From the NCBI RefSeq assembly GCF_003790525.1, contig NZ_CP033635.1: 64,000 nt of DNA. The stretch is one strand, 5' to 3'. Below are positions 16,039 to 33,097 of this stretch, piece by piece. Each line of letters opens with the position of its first letter. The first letter of the stretch is position 1. Under the pieces are notes generated by a model, which was not told where the DNA came from, ran no database searches, and saw only the letters and a program-made list of their open reading frames with translations. The stretch comes from Escherichia coli (GTDB lineage: Bacteria; Pseudomonadota; Gammaproteobacteria; Enterobacterales; Enterobacteriaceae). A program made the translations under genes and the position numbers.

Positions 16039-17592
16039 ATGGATATCATTGGCGGACAACATCTACGTCAAATGTGGGACGATCTGGCGGACGTTTACGG
16101 TCATAAAACGGCGCTGATTTGTGAATCCAGCGGCGGAGTCGTTAACCGGTATAGTTATCTTGAGTTAAATCAGGAGATTAACCGCACGGCAAACCTGTTT
16201 TATACGCTGGGGATTCGCAAAGGCGACAAGGTTGCTCTACATCTCGACAACTGCCCGGAATTTATCTTTTGCTGGTTCGGGCTGGCAAAAATTGGCGCGA
16301 TTATGGTGCCGATTAACGCCCGCCTGTTACGCGAGGAAAGCGCGTGGATCCTGCAAAATAGCCAGGCGTGCCTGCTGGTGACCAGTGCGCAATTCTATCC
16401 CATGTATCAACAGATTCAGCAGGAAGATGCCACGCAGTTGCGGCACATTTGCCTGACAGATGTGGCACTTCCCGCTGATGATGGCGTGAGTTCGTTTACT
16501 CAACTGAAAAATCAACAACCTGCCACCTTGTGCTATGCACCGCCGCTATCGACTGACGATACGGCGGAAATTCTCTTCACCTCCGGCACTACCTCCCGAC
16601 CGAAAGGTGTGGTGATTACCCATTACAACCTGCGCTTCGCTGGATATTACTCCGCCTGGCAGTGTGCACTGCGTGACGATGACGTCTACCTGACGGTAAT
16701 GCCTGCGTTTCATATCGATTGCCAGTGTACTGCGGCGATGGCGGCGTTTTCTGCCGGGGCCACCTTTGTGCTGGTCGAGAAATACAGCGCCCGCGCCTTC
16801 TGGGGACAGGTGCAGAAGTACCGCGCCACCATTACCGAATGTATTCCGATGATGATCCGTACCTTGATGGTGCAACCGCCTTCTGCGAACGATCAGCAAC
16901 ACCGCCTGCGGGAAGTGATGTTTTATCTCAACTTGTCGGCGCAGGAAAAAGACGCATTTTGTGAACGCTTCGGCGTTCGCTTGCTGACGTCTTATGGGAT
17001 GACGGAAACCATTGTGGGCATTATCGGCGATCGCCCTGGCGATAAACGGCGCTGGCCGTCGATTGGTCGGGCGGGCTTTTGCTACGAAGCGGAGATCCGC
17101 GACGATCACAATCGCCCGCTCCCGGCAGGTGAGATCGGTGAAATCTGTATTAAAGGCGTACCAGGGAAAACCATCTTCAAAGAGTATTTTCTCAACCCGA
17201 AAGCCACTGCGAAAGTGCTGGAAGCCGACGGCTGGCTACATACCGGCGATACCGGATACCGCGACGAAGAGGGCTTTTTTTATTTCGTCGATCGCCGCTG
17301 CAATATGATCAAACGCGGTGGCGAGAATGTCTCCTGCGTGGAGCTCGAAAATATCATCGCCACCCATCCAAAAATTCAGGATATCGTGGTTGTGGGAATT
17401 AAAGATTCGATACGCGATGAAGCCATCAAAGCATTTGTGGTGCTGAATGAAGGTGAAACATTGAGCGAAGAGGAATTTTTCCGCTTCTGCGAACAAAATA
17501 TGGCGAAATTTAAAGTGCCCTCTTATCTGGAGATCAGAAAAGATCTGCCACGTAATTGCTCGGGGAAAATAATTAGAAAGAATCTGAAATAA
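16039..17592 (+). CDS. caiC: Crotonobetaine/carnitine-CoA ligase CaiC
   Basis: Track ORF trimmed to [15 protein letters not shown]...; AMP-binding motif [11 protein letters not shown]. Confidence 0.9.
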
Positions 17593-17700
17593 ATGAAACG
17601 GCAGGGAACTACCCTGCCAGCTAATAATCACGCTCTAAAACAATATGCATTTTTTGCAGGGATGTTGTCGTCCCTGAAAAAGCAAAAATGGAGAAAAGGA

Positions 17701-18486
17701 ATGAGTGAATCATTACATCTGACCCGCAATGGATCAATTCTGGAAATTACCCTTGATCGTCCAAAAGCGAATGCTATTGATGCAAAAACCAGCTTTGAAA
17801 TGGGCGAAGTATTTCTAAATTTCCGTGACGATCCGCAATTACGTGTCGCCATTATTACCGGTGCCGGAGAGAAATTCTTTTCCGCGGGCTGGGATTTAAA
17901 AGCGGCAGCAGAAGGCGAAGCACCGGATGCTGACTTTGGCCCGGGAGGTTTTGCGGGATTAACCGAAATTTTCAATCTCGACAAACCGGTCATCGCAGCT
18001 GTGAACGGCTATGCCTTTGGCGGCGGCTTTGAACTGGCGCTGGCGGCAGATTTTATTGTTTGTGCCGATAACGCCAGCTTCGCCCTACCGGAAGCCAAAC
18101 TGGGCATCGTTCCTGACAGCGGCGGCGTGCTGCGTCTGCCGAAGATCCTGCCGCCTGCCATCGTCAATGAAATGGTGATGACCGGCAGACGAATGGGCGC
18201 AGAAGAGGCGCTGCGTTGGGGGGTAGTCAACCGCGTGGTTAGCCAGGCGGAACTGATGGATAACGCCCGCGAACTGGCGCAGCAGCTGGTTAACAGCGCT
18301 CCGCTGGCGATTGCGGCGCTGAAAGAGATCTACCGCACCACCAGCGAAATGCCGGTAGAAGAAGCGTATCGCTATATTCGCAGCGGCGTGTTGAAAAACT
18401 ATCCATCGGTTCTGCATTCGGAGGATGCCATTGAAGGGCCGCTGGCGTTTGCCGAGAAGCGCGATCCAGTGTGGAAAGGACGTTAA
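17701..18486 (+). CDS. caiD: Carnitinyl-CoA dehydratase CaiD (enoyl-CoA hydratase family)
   Basis: Track ORF trimmed to [27 protein letters not shown]..., 261 aa crotonase fold. Confidence 0.9.
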   Translation: MSESLHLTRNGSILEITLDRPKANAIDAKTSFEMGEVFLNFRDDPQLRVAIITGAGEKFFSAGWDLKAAAEGEAPDADFGPGGFAGLTEIFNLDKPVIAAVNGYAFGGGFELALAADFIVCADNASFALPEAKLGIVPDSGGVLRLPKILPPAIVNEMVMTGRRMGAEEALRWGVVNRVVSQAELMDNARELAQQLVNSAPLAIAALKEIYRTTSEMPVEEAYRYIRSGVLKNYPSVLHSEDAIEGPLAFAEKRDPVWKGR

Positions 18487-18491
18487 CAACC

Positions 18492-19082
18492 GTGAGCTAT
18501 TACGCCTTTGAGGGGTTAATTCCGGTGGTTCACCCGACGGCGTTTGTCCATCCCAGTGCAGTCTTGATTGGCGATGTGATTGTGGGAGCCGGTGTCTACA
18601 TCGGTCCACTCGCCTCACTGCGTGGTGACTACGGGCGGTTGCTCGTGCAAGCGGGAGCCAATATTCAGGATGGCTGCATTATGCATGGCTACTGCGACAC
18701 TGACACCATCGTTGGGGAAAACGGCCATATCGGGCACGGAGCGATCCTGCATGGTTGTGTGATTGGTCGCGATGCACTGGTCGGGATGAACAGCGTGATT
18801 ATGGATGGCGCGGTCATTGGCGAAGAGAGCATTGTTGCCGCTATGAGCTTTGTCAAAGCGGGCTTTCGCGGCGAGAAACGCCAGTTGTTGATGGGTACGC
18901 CAGCCCGCGCTGTACGCAGCGTGAGTGACGACGAGTTACACTGGAAACGGTTGAATACTAAAGAGTATCAGGATCTTGTCGGGCGCTGTCATGCATCGTT
19001 ACATGAAACGCAACCACTGAGGCAAATGGAGGGAAATCGCCCCCGTTTGCAGGGGACGACGGATGTTGCGCCGAAACGGTAA
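18492..19082 (+). CDS. caiE: Carnitine operon protein CaiE (hexapeptide-repeat / gamma-carbonic-anhydrase-like)
   Basis: Conserved protein begins (V)[14 protein letters not shown]... at a GTG codon; 196 aa. Confidence 0.85.
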   Translation: MSYYAFEGLIPVVHPTAFVHPSAVLIGDVIVGAGVYIGPLASLRGDYGRLLVQAGANIQDGCIMHGYCDTDTIVGENGHIGHGAILHGCVIGRDALVGMNSVIMDGAVIGEESIVAAMSFVKAGFRGEKRQLLMGTPARAVRSVSDDELHWKRLNTKEYQDLVGRCHASLHETQPLRQMEGNRPRLQGTTDVAPKR

Positions 19083-19084
19083 CA

Positions 19085-19175
19085 TCGTCGGATGCGGCAT
19101 AAACGCCTTATCCGACCTGGCTGGAGAGCAACCGTAGGCCGGATAAGATGCGCCAGCATCGCATCCGGCGACCAG
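19085..19175. repeat. REP/BIME-type repetitive extragenic palindromes
   Basis: cggatgcggcataaacgccttatccgacc ... gtaggccggataagatgcgccagcatcgcatccggc downstream of caiE. Confidence 0.6.
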
Positions 19176-19200
19176 GTCGCACGGTATCATCGAAATGACA

Positions 19201-19596
19201 TTAACGACGCATACTCTTTGACAACATCATCTGCCACTTCTGCTCGCGGTTAAGTTCCGTGAGCGGAACGGCAGGAATACGCGGCGTCTTTCTTACGCCG
19301 ACTAATTTTTCCCGACTGTTATTGCGCAGGCGCGCGTAAATTTGCTCATCGATATCGACCACTTTAACCAGTCGCTGACACTGGCATCCCCGCCCTTCCA
19401 GCTTATTAGGGATCATCTTAACTTCGCAGCTTATTTCTGTGACTTCCGACAGAATATAAGTCAGGGTATTAACCGCCTTGCTGTGTTCAATATCGAAATG
19501 AATAGAGATCTCTCTTGCTATCACCCACCGATTTTCAGCCATCATCCATTCGGCGATTAACAAGTAGAGTGGTTTTTCAACATATCCTTCACACAT
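19201..19596 (-). CDS. caiF: Transcriptional activator of carnitine metabolism CaiF
   Basis: Track ORF trimmed to MCEGYVEKPLYLLIAEWMMAENRWVIAREI..., 131 aa. Confidence 0.9.
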   Translation of the reverse strand: MCEGYVEKPLYLLIAEWMMAENRWVIAREISIHFDIEHSKAVNTLTYILSEVTEISCEVKMIPNKLEGRGCQCQRLVKVVDIDEQIYARLRNNSREKLVGVRKTPRIPAVPLTELNREQKWQMMLSKSMRR

Positions 19597-19856
19597 ACGA
19601 ACTCCAGTTTCACAAATTAAAAGTCTGGCTATGACTCGTTTTGAAGCAATTAAACAAGGCCATATTAAAATTGTGGATATATCGATAGTATGCAACTTCA
19701 CCGTCGATAAGTGTGAGCTAAATCCTGCTTATGTCATCAAAAATATCGATTCCCCAAAAGATTTACTTAATGGGCAAAAAAAACGGTCCTCATCAGAGAA
19801 CCGTATTAGTTATTCGATCAAATTAGCGGATGAAAAATATCCGCCATGACACGCTA

Positions 19857-23078
<3,222 letters not shown>

Positions 23079-23095
23079 GGCTCTTTTACTCCTGA

Positions 23096-24244
23096 TTACT
23101 TAGCGGTTTTACGGTACTGCTCAATTAACTCGATAAAGTGGTCGAACAACGGCGCGGCGTCGTGTGGACCAGGGCTGGCTTCCGGGTGACCCTGGAAGCT
23201 GAACGCCGGTTTATCGGTGCGATGAATGCCCTGTAACGTACCGTCGAACAGGGATTTATGCGTGACACGCAGGTTTGCAGGTAATGTTGCTTCATCCACC
23301 GCAAAACCGTGGTTCTGGGCGGTGATCATCACCACGTTTTTCTCAACATCTTTAACCGGATGGTTGCCGCCGTGGTGACCAAATTTCATTTTGACAGTCT
23401 TCGCACCGCTCGCCAGCGCCAGCAGCTGATGACCGAGGCAGATGCCGAATACCGGAATATCGGTTTCGAGGAATTTCTGGATGGCGGTAATGGCGTAATC
23501 GCATGGGGCCGGGTCGCCAGGGCCGTTGGAGAGGAAGATGCCGTCTGGATTCATTTTCAACACATCTTCCGCAGAAGTTTGCGCCGGAACGATAGTCAGA
23601 CGACAGCCTCTGTCCACCAACATGCGCAGGATGTTGCGCTTGGCACCAAAATCATAAGCCACAACATGGAACGGCAGCTCGTCTTCTTTCTTCGCTTCTG
23701 GCAGGCCGCCGGTCAGCGTCCAGCTCCCTTGTGTCCAGCTATACGTTTCTGCGGTGGTCACTTCTTTTGCCAGATCCATGCCGTTCAGACCTGGGAACGC
23801 GCGGGCTTTTTCTAACGCCAGCGCCGCATCCGGGTTATCGCCCGCGATAATGCAGCCATTCTGTGCGCCTTTCTCGCGCAGTAAACGCGTCAGCTTACGG
23901 GTATCGATATCGGCAATCGCCACGATGTTATGGCGCTTCAGGTAAGAAGAGAGGTCTTCGGTATTACGGAAGTTGCTGGCAATCAGCGGCAGGTCGCGAA
24001 TCACCAGACCTTGTGCATGTACCTGAGAAGATTCTTCATCGGCGTCATTAGTGCCGACATTGCCAATATGGGGATAAGTAAGAGTAACGATTTGACGAGA
24101 ATAGGAAGGATCAGTGAGGATTTCTTGATAACCGGTCATTGAAGTATTGAAAACGACTTCCCCAACCGCCGAACCTGTTGCCCCTATGGCCCGACCGTGA
24201 AACTGGGTTCCGTCTTCCAGAACCAATAGCGCTGACTTAATCAA
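23096..24244 (-). CDS. carA: Carbamoyl-phosphate synthase small (glutaminase) subunit
   Basis: Conserved protein starts (L->M)[20 protein letters not shown] at a TTG codon (known unusual carA start); 382 aa; 17 nt upstream of carB. Confidence 0.95.
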   Translation of the reverse strand: MIKSALLVLEDGTQFHGRAIGATGSAVGEVVFNTSMTGYQEILTDPSYSRQIVTLTYPHIGNVGTNDADEESSQVHAQGLVIRDLPLIASNFRNTEDLSSYLKRHNIVAIADIDTRKLTRLLREKGAQNGCIIAGDNPDAALALEKARAFPGLNGMDLAKEVTTAETYSWTQGSWTLTGGLPEAKKEDELPFHVVAYDFGAKRNILRMLVDRGCRLTIVPAQTSAEDVLKMNPDGIFLSNGPGDPAPCDYAITAIQKFLETDIPVFGICLGHQLLALASGAKTVKMKFGHHGGNHPVKDVEKNVVMITAQNHGFAVDEATLPANLRVTHKSLFDGTLQGIHRTDKPAFSFQGHPEASPGPHDAAPLFDHFIELIEQYRKTAK

Positions 24245-24253
24245 AACACCCTC

Positions 24254-24292
24254 CAGAGAATATTCACTCACTTTATTTGCATATTAATTCAC
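24254..24292 (-). promoter_or_regulatory. Tandem ARG boxes (ArgR operator) overlapping carAB P2
   Basis: On the coding strand: TGTGAATTAATATGCAAA-TAA-AGTGAGTGAATATTCTCT, two 18-bp imperfect palindromes 3 bp apart matching the ARG box consensus, immediately upstream of carA. Confidence 0.5.
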
Positions 24293-24518
24293 AATGATGA
24301 CGTAAATCAATGCAAATCTGCTTACCGACGAATTTCTGGCAAACGGCGGCATTCTGGAGATATGGGAGCTAAAAGTCAACTTAATGGCGGGATTTTTTAT
24401 ATTATTTTGTGGCTCATGCATGTTTTACAGGCATTAAGCGACAAAAAGATCATATAACATGTTCTGGAAAACGCTTGCGCAGCAAGAAGATTGCATGAAA
24501 TCAAAATGAGCAGAAAAA

Positions 24519-24536
24519 AGTGGACCAAATGGTCAA
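24519..24536 (-). promoter_or_regulatory. RutR-type binding site upstream of carAB P1
   Basis: TTGACCATTTGGTCCACT (reverse strand) matches the TTGACCAnnTGGTCAA-type RutR box reported in the carAB control region. Confidence 0.5.
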
Positions 24537-24699
24537 AATTTACATTAAAACAACAAAAACAGAATGCAAAACATGTAATTTTTGGCATTTACATTAAATT
24601 TAAAAGCATAACACTAAAAATAAAAGGGCCAAAAATTAAAGCCCTTTATATTCAATGGATTAAATGTGTTATTTTTGCATCACTATAAATATTTTGTGG

Positions 24700-25536
<837 letters not shown>

Positions 25537-25687
25537 TTAATTTGCATAGACCGTTTTCAGAGTAACCAGCGCATCGCTACGCCGCCAGCCAAAAACGCTG
25601 ATAATTAGAAATTAATGATAAACAGGGAGGGATATCAGTGAAAGGCATGAGTCGATGAATGACTGCATGCCGATAACATGTGACAGG

Positions 25688-26602
25688 TTACGACGCCAGA
25701 GCCAGCACCTCAGCCACCCACTGCTGGAAACCTTTCACATCCAGATCCAGCGCCACCTGCACGTTTGCAGGTTTACTCAGGCAACCATCAATATCAACAA
25801 CCGTAGTACCTGAGGTAAATTCACCCTGAGTTTCCACCGCCACAAAACACGGTTTGAGAGTGAACAAGTCTGGGCGCACCAGCCAGGCGATAGCGCAGAG
25901 ATCGTGCATACGCAGACCGCTTTGCATACTGCCGCTACGGTAGTGGCTAAACAGGGCGTGCAACATTTTCCCGGTACGATTCAACTCCGGCAAAGTAGCG
26001 AGATAGTCAGGAGTTAATATTGCCTGATTGGTGACATCCAGACCGCACATAACGATTTCGATGCCGCTACGGAAGACACAGGCTGCCGCTTCTGGATCGG
26101 CAGCGATATTAAACTCGGCGTTTGGTGTACAGTTGCCGCGACCAGCAGAACCGCCCATGATCACCAGACGACGAATATACTGTTTACATTCCGGGCATTG
26201 TGAAAGTAACAGCGCAATATTGGTTAACGGGCCGATGGCCACCAGGGTAACAGGCTCTGGTGCACGCATCAGGGCATCACGAATCGCCAGAAATGCGGGT
26301 TTGTCCAGTGGGCTTCTGTTGTGCTCGACAAAGTCGTAGCCAGCCATTCCCGATTCACCGTGCACAGATGCTGCATTACGCGGTGCGCGTACCAGCGGCA
26401 CAGCGGCTCCCTGGGCGAGCGGAATCTCCGCATTCCAGAAATGCAGCAGTTGCAGGGCGTTGCGGGTAGTTTTCTCTACCGAGACATTACCCGCGACGGT
26501 GGTCATCAGTTGCAGGTCAAGTTCCGGGGCAAAAATCGCGGCGGCAATGGCGACGGCATCGTCAATGCCGGGGTCAGTATCGAGGAAGATAGGTAAACGC
26601 AT
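25688..26602 (-). CDS. rihC: Non-specific ribonucleoside hydrolase RihC
   Basis: 304 aa with N-terminal DTDPGIDD nucleoside hydrolase motif. Confidence 0.9.
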   Translation of the reverse strand: MRLPIFLDTDPGIDDAVAIAAAIFAPELDLQLMTTVAGNVSVEKTTRNALQLLHFWNAEIPLAQGAAVPLVRAPRNAASVHGESGMAGYDFVEHNRSPLDKPAFLAIRDALMRAPEPVTLVAIGPLTNIALLLSQCPECKQYIRRLVIMGGSAGRGNCTPNAEFNIAADPEAAACVFRSGIEIVMCGLDVTNQAILTPDYLATLPELNRTGKMLHALFSHYRSGSMQSGLRMHDLCAIAWLVRPDLFTLKPCFVAVETQGEFTSGTTVVDIDGCLSKPANVQVALDLDVKGFQQWVAEVLALAS

Positions 26603-26667
26603 GTTTTCTCCATAAAAAATGCCGGTAACAAGACCGGCATTTTCGCATAACTTAGGCTGCTAATGAC

Positions 26668-27618
26668 TTAATCGACTTCACGAATATCGACACGCAGCTC
26701 TTTCGGCACTTCGAAAACAATGTTTTCTTCACGGCCTTCCAGCGGAATGGCTTCACCACCACCCAGCTGCTGCAAACGTGCCACCACATTCTGCACCAGA
26801 ATATCCGGAGCCGATGCGCCCGCAGTCACGCCGACGCATTTAACCTCTTTCACCCACTCTTCCTGGATATCTTTCGCATCGTCAATCAAAAACGCGCGTT
26901 TGCCCATACGTTGGGCCAGCTCCGCCAGACGGTTGGAGTTGGAGGAGTTTTTCGAACCGACCACCAGCACAACTTCCGCCTGTTCTGCCAGGGCGCGTAC
27001 CGCTTCCTGACGGTTAGTCGTGGCGTAACAGATGTCATCTTTGCGCGGACCGACAATTTTCGGGAAGCGTTTACGCAGCGCGTCGATCACATCAGACGTG
27101 TCATCCACCGACAGCGTGGTTTGGGTCATAAAGGAGAGCTTCTCTTCGTTTTTGACCGTCAGTTTCCACACATCGTCTGGCGATTCGACCAGATACATTC
27201 CCCCTTCCGGGTTGCTGTACTGACCCATTGTCCCTTCCACTTCCGGGTGACCGGCGTGGCCGATGAGAATAGATTCTTCGCCACGGCGACTGGCGCGGGC
27301 GACTTCCATATGCACTTTGGTCACCAGCGGACAGGTGGCGTCGAATACCGTCAAATCACGGCTTTTCGCTTCGTTACGTACCGCCTGAGAAACACCGTGT
27401 GCGGAGAAAATCAGGATCGCGCCGTCCGGTACTTCGCTAATCTGCTCAATAAAGATAGCCCCACGCTCGCGCAGGCTATCGACCACGTAGCGGTTATGCA
27501 CCACTTCGTGACGGACATATATCGGTGCGCCGTAAATGGCCAGCGCGTTTTCAACAATGCTGATAGCGCGGTCTACCCCGGCACAAAAACCACGCGGGTT
27601 GGCCAACAGGATCTGCAT
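26668..27618 (-). CDS. ispH: 4-hydroxy-3-methylbut-2-enyl diphosphate reductase IspH (LytB)
   Basis: Track ORF trimmed to [23 protein letters not shown]..., 316 aa. Confidence 0.95.
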
Positions 27619-27619
27619 G

Positions 27620-28069
27620 TTACGCCTCCAGTGCCGGATCGATTTCCAGCACTTCAATATCAAAATGAACGGTCTGCCCGGCCAGCGGATGGTTGAAATC
27701 AACGGTAATGGAGTCGCCGTTAATTTCGCGGATCACGCCAGGCATCTCACTGCCATCCATTGCGGTAAAAAGCATGATTGCGCCAATTTCTGGCTCGCCT
27801 GCATCCATAAACTCACGGCGGGAGAAGTACTGAATCAGGTCTGGTGACGGCACGCCAAACGCCGCATCGGGCTCCAGCGAGAAAGTGGTTTTATCGCCCA
27901 CTTTCAGCCCCAGCAGGTGTTGCTCCAGCCCTTCAGAAAGAGAAGCATCGCCCAGGCGGAACAGTGCCGGTTTACCATTGTTGCGGGTAGACTCGGCGGT
28001 GGTGCCATCGTCGAGTTTTAGCGTGAAGTGCACCAGGACGGCGCTATTGCTCTGTACAGATTCAGACAT
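27620..28069 (-). CDS. fkpB: FKBP-type peptidyl-prolyl cis-trans isomerase FkpB (SlpA)
   Basis: 149 aa [28 protein letters not shown]... FKBP fold; 1 nt from ispH start. Confidence 0.9.
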
Positions 28070-28100
28070 GCAGGTTTGCTCTTATATTTTGAGGATTTTT

Positions 28101-28148
28101 GCCGGATGCAGCCTACGATTTCGCAGCAATCTGTAGGCTGCATCCGGC
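28101..28148. repeat. Perfect 16-bp-arm palindrome (REP-like hairpin / lspA terminator) in fkpB-lspA intergenic region
   Basis: gccggatgcagcctac-(16 nt loop)-gtaggctgcatccggc. Confidence 0.5.
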
Positions 28149-28156
28149 AGGGTTTA

Positions 28157-28651
28157 TTATTGTTTTTTCGCTTTAGAAGGCAAAAAACCTTCCAGCACAA
28201 TCAGTGCCGCACCGACACAGATGGCAGTATCGGCAAGGTTGAAGGTAGCGAAGTGCCAGTCGCCGACGTAGAAGTCGATCATATCGACAACGAAGCCGTG
28301 CCACAGGCGGTCGAACAGGTTGCCCAGCGCACCGCCAATAATCAGCGCGTAAGCGATATTGTTTAGCTTCTGCGTGGCCTTCGAGCGATACATCATCACT
28401 GCCAGGATCACGCTAATACCAATCGCAATACCGGCAAAGAACCAACGCTGCCAGCCGCCGCTATCGGCAAGGAAACTAAACGCCGCGCCATAGTTACGCG
28501 CATAATGCAGATTAAGCGACGGGAACAGCGGGACCGTATCCCCCAGAGCAAAGTTCTGGAGGATCAGGTATTTGCTGCCCAGATCGATAATCAGCACGAC
28601 TACCACCAGCCACAGCCAGCGTAGCCCTGTTGAACAGATCGATTGACTCAT
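28157..28651 (-). CDS. lspA: Lipoprotein signal peptidase (signal peptidase II)
   Basis: 164 aa multi-pass membrane protein recognised as LspA; start overlaps ileS stop. Confidence 0.95.
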
Positions 28652-31467
28652 CAGGCAAACTTACGTTTTTCACCGTCACCGGCGACGTTGCTGACACAGC
28701 GGCCGCAGATTTCTGCGTGTTCCGCCACCTTGCCGACATCCTGGGTGTAGTGCCAGCAGCGTGGGCACTTCTCACCTTCGGCTTTACTCAACGCGACTTT
28801 CAGCCCTTTGAGTACTTCGCTCTGCTGAGCATCAGCAGGTGCATCGTTATAGTCTGCAACGGTAGCGCCGGAGGTCAACAGGACAAATCGTAATTCATCG
28901 CCCAGCGCGGTCAGTTTCGCCGCCAGTTCCGGTTCTGCATACAAGGTTACTGCCGCTTCCAGCGAGCCGCCCACTTTCTTGTCGGCACGCGCTTGCTCAA
29001 TGACTTTGTTCACTTCGCCACGCACTTTCAACAGCTCGTCCCAGAACGCATCGTTCATCGCTTCACTGTCTGCCAGACCAAACAGGCCTTCGTACCACTC
29101 GCCGGTGAAGACGTATTTTTCACGTTCGCCCGGCAGGTAGCCCCACACTTCATCAGCGGTGAAGGAGAGGATTGGTGCCATCCAGCGCACCAGCGCTTCT
29201 GCGATGTGATACAGCGCAGTCTGGCAGCTACGACGCGCCACACTGTCAGCTTTGGCGGTATACTGACGGTCTTTGATGATGTCGAGGTAGAATGAACCCA
29301 TCTCAACGGAGCAGAAGCGCATCAGACGCTGTACCACTTCGTGGAAATCGTATGCTTCGTACGCCTTGAGGATGTCTTCCTGTGCCGCTTTCGCACAACC
29401 TACGGCCCAGCGATCCAGTACCACCATCTCTTCCGGTTTCACCATATCTTTTGCCGGATCAAAACCGTTCAGGTTTGCCAGCAGGAAGCGCGCGGTGTTA
29501 CGGATACGACGATAGCTGTCGGCAGCACGTTTCAGGATTTCGTCAGAAACGGCCATTTCACCAGTGTAGTCAGTTGATGCCACCCACAGACGCAGAATAT
29601 CCGCGCCCAGTTTGTTCATCACATCCTGCGGCGAAACGGTGTTGCCGATGGATTTAGACATCTTGCGGCCCTGACCATCCACGGTAAAGCCGTGGGTCAG
29701 TACCTGACGATACGGTGCTTTGCCCTTCATCGCGGTAGAGATCATCAGAGAGGACATGAACCAGCCACGGTGCTGGTCTGAACCTTCCAGATACATGTCC
29801 GCAGCGTGACCGGCAAATTCCGGACGCACGTCAACAACGGAAGAGTGGGTAGATCCGGAGTCAAACCATACGTCGAGAGTATCCGGCACTTTCACGTACT
29901 GATCAGCTTCATCGCCGAGGATCTCTTTCGCATCGAGATCCCACCACGCCTGGATGCCGTCAACTTCCACGCGTTTAGCCACTTCTTCCATCAGTTCGAG
30001 GGTACGCGGATGCAGCTCTTCCGTGTCTTTATGCACGAACAGTGACATCGGTACGCCCCAGGTGCGCTGACGGGAGATACACCAGTCAGGACGGTTAGCA
30101 ACCATCGACTCGATACGCGCCTGGCCCCAGTCCGGGATCCACTGCACGCCTTTGATCTCTTTCAGTGACTGCGCACGCAGACCTTTCTGATCCATGCTGA
30201 CGAACCACTGCGGCGTCGCACGGAAGATGATCGGCGTTTTGTGACGCCAGCAGCACGGATAGCTGTGCTGCATTTTCTCAACGTGCAACAGCGCGCCTTT
30301 TTCCTGCAGCAGCGCAACAACGATGTCGTTCGCTTTGAAAACGTTCACGCCATCCAGCGTCGGGTAAGTACCCGGCAGATAAGTGCCGTCCGGGCCAACC
30401 GGGTTAGCGGTTTCCAGGCCGTATTTCTGACCGATCACATAGTCGTCCGGGCCGTGGCCAGGCGCGGTGTGAACGGCACCGGTACCGGCATCCAGGGTAA
30501 CGTGATCGCCGAGGATTGCCGGAACGTCGAAGCCCATAAACGGATGGGTAAAGCGCAGCAGCTCAAGCTCTGCACCTTTTACCGTGCCGAGAATGGTGTA
30601 ATCGGTCACGCCGATACGCTGCATTACGCTTTCAACCAGATCTTTTGCCAGAATCACGGCCTGACCGTCGATCTGCACCAGCACATAGTCGAAATCAGGT
30701 GCAATAGAGATTGCGCGGTTCGCAGGCAGAGTCCACGGCGTAGTGGTCCAGATCACCAGCGAGATTGGGCCGTTAACGTTGCTTACGGCAAATTTTGCTT
30801 TCAGTGCATCCTGATCGACCGCCTGGAAAGCGACGTCGATGGACGGAGAAGTTTTGTCGTAATACTCAACTTCCGCTTCCGCCAGCGCAGAACGGCAGTC
30901 AACGCACCAGTGTACCGGCTTCGCGCCTTTGTGCAGGTGACCGTTGCCGATGATTTTGCCCAGCGCGCGGATGATATTGGCTTCAGTTTTGAAGTCCATG
31001 GTCAGGTACGGGTGCGACCAGTCGCCCAGCACGCCCAGACGGATAAAGTCTTTGCGTTGACCGTCAACCTGGGTCGCAGCGTATTCGCGGCACTTGGCGC
31101 GGAACTCGGCAGCGGTGAATTTCTCACCCGGCTTACCGTATTCTTGCTCTACTTTCAGCTCGATCGGCAGACCATGACAGTCCCAGCCAGGCACATACGG
31201 CGAGTCATAACCGGAAAGCCCTTTGGACTTCACGATAATGTCTTTCAGAATCTTGTTAACCGAGTGACCAATATGAATGCTGCCATTCGCATAAGGAGGG
31301 CCATCATGCAGAATGAAGGTTTTTTTGCCTTTTTTAGCCGCACGGATGATGCCGTACAGATCATCATCAGTCCAACGCGCCAGCATTCCCGGTTCGCGCT
31401 TGGCGAGATCGCCACGCATCGGGAACCCTGTTTCCGGCAAATTCAGGGTTGATTTATAGTCACTCAT
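28651..31467 (-). CDS. ileS: Isoleucine--tRNA ligase
   Basis: 938 aa with HIGH ([11 protein letters not shown]) and KMSKS motifs; C-terminal zinc-binding cysteines. Confidence 0.97.
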
Positions 31468-31509
31468 CAGATTCTCGGTTCCGTGTTTCGGTTTGATTAC
31501 ATAACAGGC

Positions 31510-32451
31510 TTAAGCCGGTTTTGTTAGCCCAAAAAATTCGCGGGCGGTTAATTCATCACGCGCAATCTGCGCTTTCAGTTCGTCCAGCGACGCAAATCGC
31601 TGCTCATTGCGTATTTTTTTACGCAGCACTACTTGTATATGGCGACCGTAAAGGTCCATTGCAACATCTAACAAATGCACTTCCAGCTGCTGGCGAATAC
31701 CGGCAACCGTTGGGCGTGTTCCGATGTTTGCCACGCCGGGTAACGGCTTTTCACCGAGGCCCAGCACTTCTACCGCATAAACCCCTTTCACCGGGGAAAC
31801 CTGACGGCGTAGCGGTACATTCGCCGTCGGGAAACCTATAGTGCGCCCTAATTCATCACCGTGGACTACACGCCCGGAGATGGCAAACGGGTGCCCCAGT
31901 AAACTTTCTGCCAGAGCCAGATTGTCATCCGCCAGCGCCTGACGCACGGCGGTGCTGCTGATACGCACGCCACCTTCGCAAAAAGTTTGCGTACTGGTGA
32001 TATCGAAGCCGTATTCCGCGCCAGCTTTCTGTAATAACAAGAAATCGCCTTCACGACCAGCGCCAAAGCGGAAATCATCACCTACGGCAAGAAATTTTAC
32101 CCGCAAATGCTTCACCAGAAGATCGCTGATGAAATTTTGCGCGGTTAACGCCGCGAAACGCCTGTCGAAACGCACGCACAGCACGTAATCAACGCCACAC
32201 TCTGCAAGGTAACGCAGTTTTTCCCGCAGCCGGGTCAGCCGTGCCGGGGCTTTATCGGTAGCAAACAGTTCCAGTGGTTGAGGTTCAAAAAGCATCAACA
32301 TCACCGGTAAGTTGCGCTTGCGCCCTTCTTCCTGCAAGCCCTGTAACAGCGCGCGATGACCGCGATGCACGCCGTCGAAATTACCAATAGTCAGCACACA
32401 CCCTTCTTGCGGGGCCTGGCTGAGATTATGTATGCCGCGTATCAGCTTCAT
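31510..32451 (-). CDS. ribF: Bifunctional riboflavin kinase / FMN adenylyltransferase
   Basis: 313 aa MKLIRGIHNLSQAPQEGCVLTIGNFDGVHRGHRALL... Confidence 0.95.
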   Translation of the reverse strand: MKLIRGIHNLSQAPQEGCVLTIGNFDGVHRGHRALLQGLQEEGRKRNLPVMLMLFEPQPLELFATDKAPARLTRLREKLRYLAECGVDYVLCVRFDRRFAALTAQNFISDLLVKHLRVKFLAVGDDFRFGAGREGDFLLLQKAGAEYGFDITSTQTFCEGGVRISSTAVRQALADDNLALAESLLGHPFAISGRVVHGDELGRTIGFPTANVPLRRQVSPVKGVYAVEVLGLGEKPLPGVANIGTRPTVAGIRQQLEVHLLDVAMDLYGRHIQVVLRKKIRNEQRFASLDELKAQIARDELTAREFFGLTKPA

Positions 32452-32458
32452 GTCTGGC

Positions 32459-32677
32459 TCAAAACAGTGAAAATCGTCCGAGTATACCTTGTACAGCGGT
32501 CAAGGTTAACCGGCGATTGAGTACCGAAATCAGAAAGAAGTGGCTTTTCATTGCCATGGCGCAAATCACGGGAAGAAACTGACCGCCTGCTGCAATTTTT
32601 ATCGCGGAAAAGCTGTATTCACACCCCGCAAGCTGGTAGAATCCTGCGCCATCACTACGTAACGAGTGCCGGCACAT
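32459..32677 (-). CDS. yaaY: Uncharacterized small protein YaaY
   Basis: 72 aa ORF directly upstream of ribF on the same strand, the position of yaaY in K-12; no functional evidence. Confidence 0.5.
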   Translation of the reverse strand: MCRHSLRSDGAGFYQLAGCEYSFSAIKIAAGGQFLPVICAMAMKSHFFLISVLNRRLTLTAVQGILGRFSLF

Positions 32678-32758
32678 TAACGGCGCTTATTTGCACAAAT
32701 CCATTGACAAAAGAAGGCTAAAAGGGCATATTCCTCGGCCTTTGAATTGTCCATATAG

Positions 32759-33043
<285 letters not shown>

Positions 33044-33066
33044 TTGCCAATTTGCTGAAGCTTTGT

Positions 33067-33097
33067 GAAAAAGCCCGCGCAAGCGGGTTTTTTTATG
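33067..33097 (+). terminator. Rho-independent terminator of rpsT
   Basis: aaaaagcccgcgcaagcgggttttttt: GC stem-loop followed by T-run 24 nt after rpsT stop. Confidence 0.75.

Noticed and set aside
19631-19849. 72-aa ORF in the caiF upstream region
   Set aside because: Falls in an AT-rich promoter region between caiF and carB with no RBS or recognisable fold; likely chance ORF.
24491-24688. 65-aa Lys-rich ORF between carA and dapB
   Set aside because: Lies in the AT-rich carAB control region (RutR/IHF/PepA sites); translation is poly-Lys/Ile from A-rich DNA.
26911-27696. 261-aa ORF on the plus strand
   Set aside because: Antisense to ispH; treated as a spurious mirror ORF.
30241-31452. 403-aa ORF on the plus strand
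   Set aside because: Antisense to ileS; no recognisable domain and no independent start signals.
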